DNA of 64,000 nt from Camelus ferus (Eukaryota). A model generated the notes under the pieces. The model worked only from the letters and a program-made list of their open reading frames with translations, was not told the origin of the DNA and searched no databases. The position numbers and the translations under genes were made by a program. How positions within the stretch are numbered: position 1 is the first letter of the stretch; every line of letters begins with the position of its first letter. The DNA lies in NCBI RefSeq assembly GCF_009834535.1, contig NC_045697.1:2792001-2856000 (forward strand), read 5' to 3'. This document shows, piece after piece, positions 36,401-48,299 of the stretch.

Positions 36401-39400
36401 GGACAGTGCGCATGTCCTGGATGCGGGGTTGAGGTGGCGGGCGGTGTCCAGAATGGTTTCTGTAACTGGGATGGATGAGCAGGCGGGGCTGCCACGTGGA
36501 GATGTCTAGGAGGTCTCTGGGTACCTGGCCAGGTGCTGGGGGGAGGGCTCCCTCTGTGTCCCCGAGGCCTGCCTGGGGTGCTCTGAGCACCCTTTCCGAG
36601 ATCACACCTCCCGGGTCTCCGTCCCTGGGATTCTCTCTTCCCAGGGTCCCCCTGCGGTCCTCCACACCCCCACACCCCCGCTCCACGAGTGCATTTTGTG
36701 AGGAGGGTGGTTTTCCTCTGCATCATCTTTGCTGTGTGGTTGCACTTGCTGGTGACCTCCAGACTGCCCTCCCCTTCTGCCCCTAGACTCGTCCCCCACC
36801 CCTCTCCCAGGGCTGCAGGGGGGCCCAGGCCACCAGACCCATTCCAGGTCACCCCTCACTCCTGCCTGATGTGCTTTAGCGGCTCCTGCTTTAAAACAGG
36901 CGGGGTTGATGCCGCTGTGATCTGGTCCCCCGGGAGCCCTGGGGAAACTGAGGCCTGGGGTCCCTCTGAGGCCACTGGGCTCTCCGTGTCTGTGGGTCCC
37001 AGGCAGCCTGGGGCTGCCCTGCCTGCGCCCCTTCCCCGTGCAGGTCGCCTGGCCGTGTGCCGGGCCTCTCACGTGGAGCCCAGCAAGGAGGCTTCCTCAC
37101 AGGGCTTGTGGGGCCACGCGGCTGAAGCCCTGACAGCCCGCTGCTCACAAGTGACATGTGTCCAATCCTTGGTGTGCAGACCTTTTGCAGATGTGCCAGC
37201 TGGCTGATGGCTGAGGCCTCCCCAGGCCCCACCTGCCTGGCCCTCTCTGCCCAGGGCTGTCCGTCCACAGGCCGGTGTGCGACTCTCCATGCAATGTCTC
37301 AGCTGCCGGATTTTTATTGCAAACAGTGACGCCCTCTGTCCCCGTGACCTCATCTTTCTGCCCGCTTCCCTCAGTCCCCCGGCAGGAGGCCAGCTCAGTT
37401 TTCTCTCCTGCTGCACAGGTTGAGGCTGTGGCCCCAAGTCGGGAAGGGGCTGGGCGGGGCCGACTGGTGCCCTCACCCCAGATCCCTACCTGGGAAGCTG
37501 GCTCACTGCACCTCCAGTCTCCCCAAAGGCCTGCATTCTGCACTGCCAGCTCCCCCTCCTGGGCCCTCACCTCGCGGGCACCAGAGCCGGGCCCAGCACA
37601 GACACTACCTCACACGCCCGGGGCTGCCAGCTGCGGGACCACGGCCACGGCCAGCTGGCCAGTCTAGGAGACAGGACAGTAATTCCTGAGTCTGCAGGCA
37701 GTGGGGTCCGTTCAGGTCTCAAGACTCGGCCTAGACGGTGGCCTGCTGTGCGCACCTGAGGGCGGAGGGGCAGGAAGTGCACGGGGTGCTGGACCTCTAG
37801 CCCGAGGGTTGTCTCAGAGCCTCTTCACTGTGATCCTGAGGGATAGAGCCCATACCCACTTGACAGATGAAAAAACTGAGGCCCAAGAGGTAGACTGACT
37901 AATTCAGGGTCTCAGAGCCGTGGGTGGAAGAGTCAGAACGCACTTCTGATGGCAGGAGGCCCAATGACCTTCTGAAACGCCATCACGCGTGGAGCCTGCT
38001 GGAGACTTTCACGCAGTGAGGAGGGGGACAGGTCGCTGTATTCTGTGGTCCAGAAGTCCAAGGTCGAGGCTCGAGCCCAGCGCAGGGTTGGGGTGAGGAG
38101 TGAGGCACCGGGTACAGCATTTAAGGAGGCTGTGCTCCCTCTCTGGCATCAGCCCCGAGAGCAGGCACCTCCTCCAGCGCCGCTCCCGGTGCCTCGATCT
38201 CCCTATCTGGTCCCCGCGGAGTCGGGGGTGGAGGGGTGGGGGGCTGGGGTGGGCGTGGCCGGGGCAACGGGCCTGCTGAGGACGTGAAGGCAGGACGAGG
38301 CGTCCAGGACTCAGGCCCGGCCTTCCAGAGTTGGTCTGATCTCCCGTTGAGGAGTCTGCCCCCCGGTTCTAGGAGTAACTCTCCCTGGAGGGCCATGCTG
38401 TGAAAATACTCCTGGCTTAATTTAAGTTTTGGCTAAATGCCATTTCCTTCTTTCTGACTGAGGAGTCACATCGTCTCACCGGAAGGGCCACGGCCTCGGG
38501 CGCGCTGCCCACACCGGGCCGGCCCCGGCTGCCTGAGACAGGGCCTTGGTCCTGCTCTCCTCCCACCCCCACCCTCAGCTGGCAGGTGTCTGGACCACAC
38601 AGCCCCTTCGTGTGCCAGCTCTGTGCAGGGCACTGTCGTGCTGGGGCCAGAGCTTGGGAGGCGCTAACGGGTCCCTGTTCCCAGTGGCTCATGCTGGGCT
38701 GGACTAGGTGGGTGCCCGGGGCACTGGCTAATGAGGCGCCTGTTCTCGGGTCAGGGGCGCAGACACAGGGCTGTGACTTGGGCATCGCAGGTGCAGCCTG
38801 ATGCTGGGTCGGTGGCTGTGGGCCCTGGTGCTTTGGGGCCCAGAGAGGGCAGAGTCATTTGGCCTGGGCTGCCGGGCAGTCTCCAACCTGCCAGGAGTGT
38901 GGATGGAGGGTCACCCAACACTGGGGGCCTGTCCCCCTGCCCTTGGGCAGCTCCAGGCCCCCTCCCCTCACCCAGCCCCCGTGTGCCTGCCTGGGCCCTG
39001 TTCCTGGCACTCCCAGGCCTGGCACTCCTTCCCCGGGGCCATCGGCTAGCCTCTTACTTTCCTGAGAGGTCATGGATGAAGAATTCAGGCCTGTGATCTG
39101 CCTCCCTGTCCTTTCAGGTCTCCCCAGTTCCGCCTCCCCCCAGGCTGACCCTCCTCCCGCCTCTCCACTTGCCCCTGCTGCTCCCCAACCACCAGCCACA
39201 GTCAGTGTCTCGCAACCCTCCTGACTGTTTCCTGGTTGGGCTCAGCGCTGGGGGCCTCGTGGGGCATGGGCCCCTGGGCCCATGTCTGGGTGCCCAGCAT
39301 GAGACAGACCCTGCCAGGATGCAGCACCTCCCCTCTCCCATGGGGTGTCACTCTTCTTCCCAGGGGGCTGGGCACTGTATCTTCTCCTCTAGGAACCCGA

Positions 39401-39739
39401 CTTGGGGGCCTGCATGGCTCCCGGGCCCCGCGCGGAGATTGGACCCCGGTGACCTGGCCCGGCCCCCAGGGAGCATTATCTCGACGTGGCGGGCATCACA
39501 CCTTCATCTGCTCACTTGCGGCCTCTGAGTCAGGCACCACTATGAGTCTGGGCTGCCGACGCTTGACCCTCACGCCAGCAGGGTGTGGTGAGAATCCGCT
39601 CAGTGACTGGGGAGGATAGGAAGGAATGGATGGGAGCTGTGACCTGACTCTGGTGAGATCAGACTGAGCCAGGTTTGGCTGTTGGGTTAAAAGACAGGCA
39701 GAAGCAGTCTGTGTGGTTAGAAGTCAGCACAGATGAGAG

Positions 39740-39932
39740 CAGGCTTTCCCAGCCTCGGCACTGTGCACACTGGGGCCGGGTGATTCTGTCTGGGGACCAT
39801 CCTGTGCATGGGATGCTGAGCCGCATCCCTGGCCTCTGACGCCAGCAGTCCGCTCTCGGTTGTGACGACATATAAGTCTGCACTCATTGCCCGGTGACCC
39901 TGGGGCTACACTGCCCCTGCTGAGAGCCACTG
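39740..39932 (-). mobile_element. MER20 hAT-Charlie DNA transposon
   Basis: caggctttcccagcctcggcactg...tcctgtgcatgggatgctgagccgcatccctggcctct...ttgtgacgac...tgagagccactg matches reversed MER20 with both ends. Confidence 0.8.
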
Positions 39933-40559
39933 GACTAGAGGTTACTGTGGTAATGGGCAGCTCTGGTACCATTTTCTTCCGGATCTGGGGCTGGGTACAT
40001 GGCGTGTTCACCTTGTGAAAATTCACCAGCTGTCCCCTTATGATCAAAGCTGCTTTCTGCACGTCCATTGTAGCCAGGAAAAAGTTCATTAAAAAAGGAA
40101 TCACGGGAAAACAGGCTGAAGGACATGACAGTCAGGTTTCAGGGTCTCCATCGCCAGCTGAGCTCGAGGGTGTCCACAGCGTGCAGTGTCCCCATGAGCC
40201 CCCAGGGAATGAACCTGAGGGGCTTGGGAAACACAACGATCTTCACCCAGGAGGAGCTGGGTCCGTGCCCTCTGGCTGGGTGGGGGTGGGTGGGGCTCTT
40301 GTCCTGACCCCACCCTTTTAGGACATTCCGGGGCTCTGAGCGCCCTGGGCCTGGCACACAGTAGGTCTCCGTGATGACACGAGGTGGGTGCAGCTTGTAT
40401 GGCCAGGGGGACACACACAGGGTGTTCGCTGAGGCTTCTGCTGAGCAGCTTCTGCTGAGCGGCTTCCAAGCTTTAGTGAACAAAAGACAAACATTTCTTC
40501 ATTCTTTTTATTACAGTTAAAAACAAGCCTGGAAAGACAGGGAATGATTAGTGCATTAC

Positions 40560-41010
40560 GGAGTCTCTCTACCTATCTGAAAATTAGGCAGGAATTACCA
40601 TCTGTGCTTGAAGAAAGGCTTAACCTTGTATATGAAGTGGGAAAGCAGGACTGAAAATACCTGCAGCGTGAGCTCAATGCAACAAGATTCAGACACAGAA
40701 AAAAGGACGAAATCAGGGGATAAACAGATACTCCATGTTGGTGGTCGGGAAGCCTCGGGACTGTCAAGATGTCAGCTTCATAACTGCATCTATAGATTCA
40801 GTGCAACCCAGCCAAAGTCTCAGCCCGTTATTTTGGGGATGTCGGTAAAAGTCTTGGAAGACACACACTCCAACGTCAGCAGATATCATCACTGCATCCT
40901 GACATCATGAGGAATTTTAATTGTTTTGTTTGTGCTTTTCTGATTTTTCTGCGATGAGCACGTGCTTCACTAGAACAGAGCAATGAAGATACATGCATTT
41001 TTAAGGGATA
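40560..41010 (+). mobile_element. Degraded L1M fragment
   Basis: gatactccatgttggtggtcgggaagcctc...tgtcaagatgtcag...atctatagattcagtgcaaccc corresponds to the L1 ORF2 PCSWIGRINIVKM...IYRFNAIP region. Confidence 0.65.
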
Positions 41011-43696
41011 AATGCAGAAAGAAAGAAGAGTGAGCAGAGAGGAGCCGGGCAGATGAGTTTAGCAGCAGGGCCTTTTGGAGTTGGCTAGCTGGACCAGACC
41101 CAGGGGCGTCACTGGGGCCAGCTGTCAAATGTCTCCTTCCCGGGGTCTGGGAGCCCCCGTCCAAGGGCTCTAATGCGGAAACAGCCCCACAGAGAAATCC
41201 GACTCAGGCTGGCCTGGGGTCTGGGCCTCTCTGTGTTTTACATCTGCAGAGACGGAACAGCTGGGAGGCAGCCTTTTACTACAGTCTGCACGGGCCGAGA
41301 AGGGATTGTTTCTCCAGCTGGGGTTCTTTCTTTTAAAAGGCTTTTAAAGTAGATGATGGGGTAGATACTGTTGAAAAAACCAACTGCAGTTCCTCATGGT
41401 TAGGTCCCCAGTTCCCAGAGACCATAGCGGAAAGGCCCAAGGACTGTTAAGGGCTTGCTCCTCAAACTCTGCTCAGCATTCAAGGCCTTTCTCTAGCGCC
41501 ACCTCCTCCAGGAAGCCCTCTGACTTCCTGGGCCACAGCACTTGAGCCCTCGCCTAGAATCCTAATGTACTTGACCTGCCCCATGGGGGGTCCCTGAGAG
41601 ACTGTGTGGAGCACGCCTCAGGGGGCCCCGCTGAGGTATGAGGAAGCTGCCGTTACCTGCTGGCCGGTCTTGCAGCCTGAGATCACTGCGGGCAGGCAGC
41701 AGAGGCGGCCCTTGGCTGGGGTGACAAGCCCATCAGCAGGTGGGCTGGCCTAGGGGTGGGGATGGGGCACCGCCACACCTACTCCATGTCCTGGGACAAC
41801 CACGGGACCCCTGAGGTTGTGCCCCCCGTGGCTAGCCCGGGGCGGCATTTGGTGCACAGCCTGGGCGGCGGACCCAGGGGGCCGCCTGCTTCTTCCCTGA
41901 GCCCCTCCCTCCTCGGGACCAGAGCAGGTACTCTGGAGGTCTGAGGAAGAAAACAGAGCCAGGAGGGCCTGTGCCAGCTCTGGCCCCATCCCAGGAAGGC
42001 AACAAACTTTCACACATTCAACAGGTATTTATCGGCAGCCCGGTATCTGTGAGGCCCTGAGCCTGAGGCTGCCAGAGGCTGGCAGTGGCTCAGAGACTCT
42101 GAGTCAAAGTGGGTCCCTCAGTCCCCAGACGGCAGGCTCAGGCTCAGGTGTGCGATGGGTGCTGGCTCTGCCGGGAGCATGTGCGGGAGCTCACAGCTTG
42201 ACTTTGGAATCAGATAGACCCAGGCTCATATTCCAGCTCTGCCACCTTCGTGCTGCGTGGCCTGGACCCACCACTTAACCTCTCTGAGCACAGTCTCCTT
42301 GTCTGAAAAAGTGAGAAACAAACGGTTACAGAATCATCAGAGGATTCCGTGCCACCCGGACATCAAGTGCTCAGAGCAGAGCCTTCCCCGTGGTGAGCGG
42401 TCAGCACAGTGTCGCTGTGCTAACGGGTCATGCGATGGGGCCGTCCCTGACCAGGACTTCGTGTCTGACAGCAAAGTGGGCTAGATGCCCACCCCTTCTA
42501 GAGAAGGAGCCAGACCTCTGTCTGCAGGGGTAACTAGGGTGTGATCGAGGGGTCCTGGCCATACCAACCTTAGCTGTGAGCCGTTTTTGGTGAATGTAGT
42601 TGAGAGACCGGGGGGAGGATGTGTTGGGGAGAGCTGGCCAGGAGCTGTGCGCCACCATCGCTGGGTGAGAGGAGAGGGCTGTGCAGGCCCCCAGCCAGGT
42701 GAGGGGCTTGGAGAGAACCACCTGTTGGCCGAGAGATGCTCTCTGAGCATCTGGGTAGGGGACCTGCCTAGGGCAGGATCCAGGGAGGTGATAACAGTTT
42801 TCCCAGGGTCAGCCCTGTGAGGGTCTCATTAGCTATGGAATGAGCGGCCCCTCCCATGCGTGCCTGTAGTTTTGCACAAATGTGTATTTCTCTAGGATGG
42901 ATTTCTGGGTCGGAGGGATGTGAATTTAACCCTCTAGTAGACAGATGGACCAAACTGTCCTGCAAGAAGTTCACTGGCCCGTGGTGCACGGTCTGAGCAC
43001 AGCCGGTCTCCCCACCGGGCCCGCAGCTCTGCCAGTGACGGTAGGATGGCATTCCATTCTGGTTGTCACCCTCCATCCCCCTTTCCCAGAGACACTGGCC
43101 CCTTACCTCATGCCTGCAGACACTTGTGCATCCTCTGTGTGATGTGCCCAGCCGTGTCCCCCGGCAGGCAGACAGGGGACTTTAGGCCACTCTGAGGGCA
43201 GACCCCTGCCTGGGCACTGAGCACGTCCCCCCCTCTGGGAAGCATCAGTGACACTCCCTGGGGCTCTGATGATGGGAGGCAGGGCTCCAAGGCCAGGCTT
43301 CCACAGGAGCTGGAGCAGGGAGCCGGCACCCACAGCCAGTGTGGCCGACGGCCAGGGGCAAGTCAGCCTAGACCTGTCACTGGACAACCAACTTCCCTGA
43401 GGGCCAGGGCCCTGTAGGCAAGAGGGCGGAAGGTAACCTGGGACCTTGACTCCACGTGAACTATTTAAGAACAACACTTAGGAAAAACTGAGGCAGAAAA
43501 ATTATCCCAGTTTGAGAAAGACTTCATTTTCTAGACTCTAAAAGTCCAAGCCCAGATGCCTCATTTCACAGATGGGGAAACTGAGGCTTAGGGAGGGGCA
43601 TAGGTTTGTCCTGCTGGCTTCCCAGGGTGGCCGGGAAGAAGGACAGTTGGATCTGGTATCAACGCAGGAGGTGGATGCCAGGGGGTGGGGAGGGGT

Positions 43697-43808
43697 GGTG
43701 CTGGGACATGTTTAACAACTGGTACTGTTGGGGGGGGCTCTGATTTGTGGTATCTGCCACTTTCCATGTGTTAATTCTTCCCCTGTGGCCAATTTCGAGC
43801 CACCAGTA
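43697..43808 (+). mobile_element. MER63-like hAT fragment
   Basis: gtgctgggacatgtttaacaactgg...ctgatttgtggtatctgccactttccatg...tggccaatttcgagccacca. Confidence 0.5.
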
Positions 43809-43908
43809 AGGCTGTGATGTGCCTTCCCTACCTTGTTCCCAAAGAAACCTTCAGTAAAGTTAATATTTCTCTCTTACGGTTTGTGAGAGGATTCTTCTTG
43901 AGAAATAC

Positions 43909-44440
43909 TGATGACGATGATCGTGATAGTGATGATGGTGATGATGATGGTGATGGTGATGATGAGAGTGGTGATGATGGTGATAACAGCGGTGGTGATG
44001 ATGATATGATGGTGGTGTGATGAGGGTGAGGGTGATGATGGTGATGATAACAGTGGTGGTGATGATGGTGATGAAGATGATGATCATGTTAGTGATGATG
44101 GTGGTGATGATGATGAGGGTGGTGGTGAGGTGATGATGGTGGTGATGATGGTGATGATAATGGTGGTGATGAAGGTGATGATGGTGACGATAACAGTGGT
44201 GGTGATGGTGATGATGGTGGTGATGATGTGGTGATGGTGGTGGTGATGATGATGGTGGTGTGATGAGGGTGATGGTCATGAGGGTGGTGATGTGGTGATG
44301 ATGGTGATGATAGCAGCGGTGGTGATGGTGGTGATGAAGGTGATGATCATGGTAGTGATTATGATGAGGCAGTGTAGTGGGGATTTTGATGAGGAGGAGG
44401 GTGATGGTGATGATGAGATGATGGTTTTGGTGATGATGGC
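43909..44440. repeat. Degenerate (GAT/GGT)n simple repeat, about 530 bp
   Basis: Continuous gatgatggtgatggtggt array with very few C on the + strand. Confidence 0.97.
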
Positions 44441-44555
44441 TACTAATATTCTGGGACACTTACTAAGTCCCAAGCAGAGTTTTAGTTTTACTTTACCTGC
44501 GCTATCCCATTTATTCCTGATGAAACCTAAGTGTACACCATTATTGTCCCCAGCA
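44441..44555 (-). mobile_element. MIR 3' end abutting the simple repeat
   Basis: ctaatattctgggacacttactaagtcccaagcagagttttag...ctttacctgcgctatcccatttattcct...cattattgtcccc. Confidence 0.6.
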
Positions 44556-45879
44556 TGAGTCCCTTGTCCCCGTTATCCAGGTGAAAGGACACTTCACGTG
44601 GGTACAAGTGTTCAAGGGCAACAAGGATGGGGGAGCCTGGATACTCTAAGCTTCACAACCACCCTGTGAGGAGGATTGTTGTTCTGCTTTCCAGGTGCAG
44701 AAACTGAGGCCCAGAGAGGGAGAGGGGCTTGACTGAGGTCACAGAGCTGGGGATACAGCAACAAAGTGAGAAGTCAGGTGGGCTTGACTCAAAGCTTTCC
44801 CTGAGCACCTAGGCCAAGTGCTAAGAAGGCACAGAAGAATCAGACAGACCTAGCCCTGCCCTTGAGAAGCTCACAGTCTCATGGGCGAGATAGGCAGGTA
44901 AACTGGCAGCAGGTGAGGGTTAAGAAGGCCACCCCAGATGAGGAGTCAGGAAGGCTTCCTGGAAGAGGCAGCCTTTGGTCCTGGGGAGAAGGGGAGGTCT
45001 GCTCAGATGGGGGCTCAGGGAGGCCGGCGGGCAGGGTCTTTTGTGTGCTCTCCTCCCATCCTCAGCCGGGGCTCCATCCTGACCCCCTAAACCTGCCTCT
45101 GGCCATGCAGAGTGCCGGCCTCTCCAGCCACTTCACCCAGACCTATTTTTAGACCCAGTTCAGTGCTAAACACAAACACATTGTCAAGAGAATGGCCAAC
45201 TTGGATCCCGTCCACGAGCAGCCTTCTCTGCGACACCAAAATAGAAAATGTCTCTGTTTGCGGGTGACATGGGCTGCTGGCCGAGGCTTCGACTTGAGTG
45301 GACGGGGGCCAGGTCACCGCCCAGCCCTCGGATGACCCGGACACATCGATGCTTCCTACCCAAATACAGTATAAAAATGCGTGCAGAAGTGTGTTGCTGT
45401 TAGTCTTGTAAAAAGGCAACTTCCGCCTGGGGCAGCCCCCGGTGCCAGGCGTGTGGGAGCAGGCAGGCTCAGGAGAGCGAGTGGTCCTGCCTGCTGAAGG
45501 GAGAGTGCTTGAGACAGTGCATCATTGTCACTGCTTTTCAGAGTTAGACAGCCCCCGGCTGCGGGAGCCAGGAGCTCCGGACCGTCGCGGTAACACAAAG
45601 CGCACAACCCCGTCACCTACTGCAGGCTCACTGTGGGCCGGCGCGAGGCGGACGCTTGAGCTGCACCCTCTCTCCATCCACATCACCACCCCACGAGATG
45701 GATACTTTGCCATCTCATTTCGTAGATGAGAAAATGGAGGCTCAGACAGGGTACGTTATTTGCCTTAGCAGTCAGTAAGTGGGAGGTTTGGTATTTGAAA
45801 GTCGGTCTGTTGAACCCCAAAAGCCATGGGCTTAATTTTTCCAAGATACGGTTTCTCTGTCTTTCAGCATTTCCTCCTT

Positions 45880-46088
45880 CTTTCATCCTCAAAGGACAGC
45901 ACAAATGTCACCTCCTGCAGGAAGCACACCCTGCCTGTCAGGCCAGCTTGCATGCTTTTTGTCTCAGAGCAGTGGTCACACTGAGATTCCTTCCCTGCCA
46001 GACTGAGAGCCCCTTGAGGCCAGAGCCTGTGTAGAGTTGCCTCTGTTCTCACTCAGGACAGCTCTGGGGACACAATGAATGAATGAAA
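45880..46088 (+). mobile_element. L2 3' terminus
   Basis: aaatgtcacctcctgcaggaagc...ccagactgagagccccttgagg...ending aatgaatgaatgaa. Confidence 0.7.
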
Positions 46089-46424
46089 TTTTTCACTCTG
46101 TAAGGGAGGAAGGGCCAGCGGGCAGGACAGTGTGGTGCCCAGGGCCTGGATTCCGGGGTCAGAGTGACTTGGCTCTCATCCCCCTGCTGCCAGGTTTCAG
46201 ACAGCAGAGCTCCGCCCAGGGCTCCCGCGGGCATCCAACCAGGCAGACAGCATCTCGCACCCTTAGTGCCCGTCTGGCGCACGTCCCGGGCTCCACACAC
46301 AACTGATCTCATTGGTATTGAGACCCAGACCACAGTTCCACTGGAACGAGGGCAAAACAGACTTGCCTCTTGGTCTGATCCTCGGAAAGGTGGTACCCAA
46401 TGTGCCCGGGGTGACTTCCTTTTC

Positions 46425-46990
46425 ACTTTTTAAAACTGGGGTGAAATATATATATAACAAATTTTGCCATGTTAACAATTAAAAATAGTTTTACTGTGAT
46501 AAAATCCACATAGCATAACATTTACCATCTTGACTGTATTTTGAAGCGTCCAGCTCTGGGGCGTTAAGTACGTGCACATCGTTGTGCAGCCGTCGCCCCC
46601 ACCTGTGAAAACCGCAGCTCTGTCCCCGGGAAGCAGCACCTCCCCCCCGCCCCGGCCCCGCACCCACCGCTCCGCTCCCGTCCCGGGGAACCTGACTGCT
46701 CCAGGGGCCTCACACGAGGGGCAGCGGGCAGGGTTTGCCCTCTGCAGCCAGCTCACCTCACTGAGCGCACCGTGCTCAGGGCTCGTCCATGTCGTCGCAG
46801 GCGTCAGAATGTTCTTCCTTTTTTTTCGTATAGCAAATCTTCGTTTTATTTATTTTTTTAAGCAAAAGTTTAGAGTTTAAAGAACTCTTGATGAATGTGT
46901 TTTTATTTTTTTTAACACCTTTATTGTGTTATGATTCCTGTACGGTAAACTACACACATTTCAGATGTAAAATTTGATGAATTTTGATCA
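46425..46990 (-). mobile_element. L1MB-like 3' UTR fragment(s)
   Basis: gtgataaaatccacatagcataacatttaccatcttgac...taagtacgtgcacatcgttgtgcagcc...gtccatgtcgtcgcaggcgtcagaatgttcttcctttt. Confidence 0.75.
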
Positions 46991-47042
46991 AGGTTCCATT
47001 TTATTTTATGTTATTCTATTTTAAAGGGACTGAGATGACCCC

Positions 47043-47176
47043 TTTTTATTATTTTTTTATTTTTTGAGGGGAGGTAATTAGGGTTTTTTATTTATTTATT
47101 TTAATAGAGATACCGGGATCGAACCTGGGACCCTGCACATGCTCAGCACACGCTCTGTCCTGAGCTTCACCCCCCC
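47043..47176 (-). mobile_element. Camelid Vic-1-type tRNA-derived SINE
   Basis: Reverse complement: ggggggtgaagctcagg...gtgctgagcatgtgcagggtcccaggttcgatcccggtatctc...aaataaataaa...cctaattacctcccc plus an A-rich tail. Confidence 0.8.
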
Positions 47177-48299
47177 TTCTCTTCCTTCTTAGTGTTGAGT
47201 CATATCCTGTTGTGTGGAAGGACTGCATTTTGTCTATCTAACCTTCTGTCCATGCACACTGGGGCTGCCTGGGGTGTGATTTTGTCAGGAAATCTATCAC
47301 CAACTATGGGGACAGTCCATGGAAAAGTTGTGACAAGTGATCCAGTCAGTCAGCCAACTCAGTGACCGCTGCCCGGTGAGCGCACGGGCCCTGGGTTCTG
47401 TGTGGGCTGCGCACGCAGGCAACCGTGTGCATGTCCTGGGTGTGGATTTGCGTGCACATAGACCCACGTACGTGTGTGCGGGGGCGCGGGTGTCCACGTG
47501 GTGGTCACACGGAGCTGGACAGCAGGGTGGGTGAGCTAGGCAGCTGCTAGCTGGAGGCAGCAGGCCATAGGAGGTGTGGGAACACTGCTGGAAATGAAAC
47601 AACTTCATGGAAATTGCATCTGTTCAAGCTCTTGGTGGAAAGGCACGCGGGTGAGTTTGGAGGGGGTGTTCAGGGAGGAGAGTGACAGCCCCTCGAGCGG
47701 GATCACAAACCCCTGTAAAGGGCCAGACAGCAAATACTTCAGACTTTACACAAGGTTTGCAGCCCCTGTTGGTCTTCTGTGGCCCATTCCTCCCCCCACC
47801 CCTTTAACATGCTGACGACAAAAAGGTCTTAAAAGCCTCCAGAGAGAAAAGACCACTTCCCCACAAGGAGTGACGGTTGTACATGCGTCCGTGGCCACAG
47901 CAGCAGACCCACCGCAAAGCCAACGGTCTGGTGCGGCTGGTGGGGCTGGTGGGGCTGGTGCTGGAGACTGGAGCGGTTGTCTGCGGCGTGTTTGGGGATT
48001 TCGGTATTTGAAAGATGAACATCTGAAACAAATGTATCAGAAAGCTACCATTTGACAGTGTCGGGGGATAGGTTCACAGTTCAATTATATTTTCTATTCT
48101 TTGCTGTAGGCTTGACATATTTCATAATCAAAGATTTTTCATTTAAAAAATATAAACAAAGCAAACCTCGTGTCTGTCTGCCCTGGGGATGTGTCCGTAG
48201 GTTGCAGGTGCTGTGTGTGCATTCACACCCTCTCCTCATGACCACCTGCGGCACAGGGACAGTGTCTCACTGCAGGTGCCTGTCACTCTGTCCTCACCG

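Noticed and set aside
43860..44558. Poly-His/Ile/Thr ORF (199 aa) and Asp/Gly- or Met/Val-rich ORFs
   Set aside because: These are translations of the (GAT/GGT)n simple repeat, with no splice or domain evidence.
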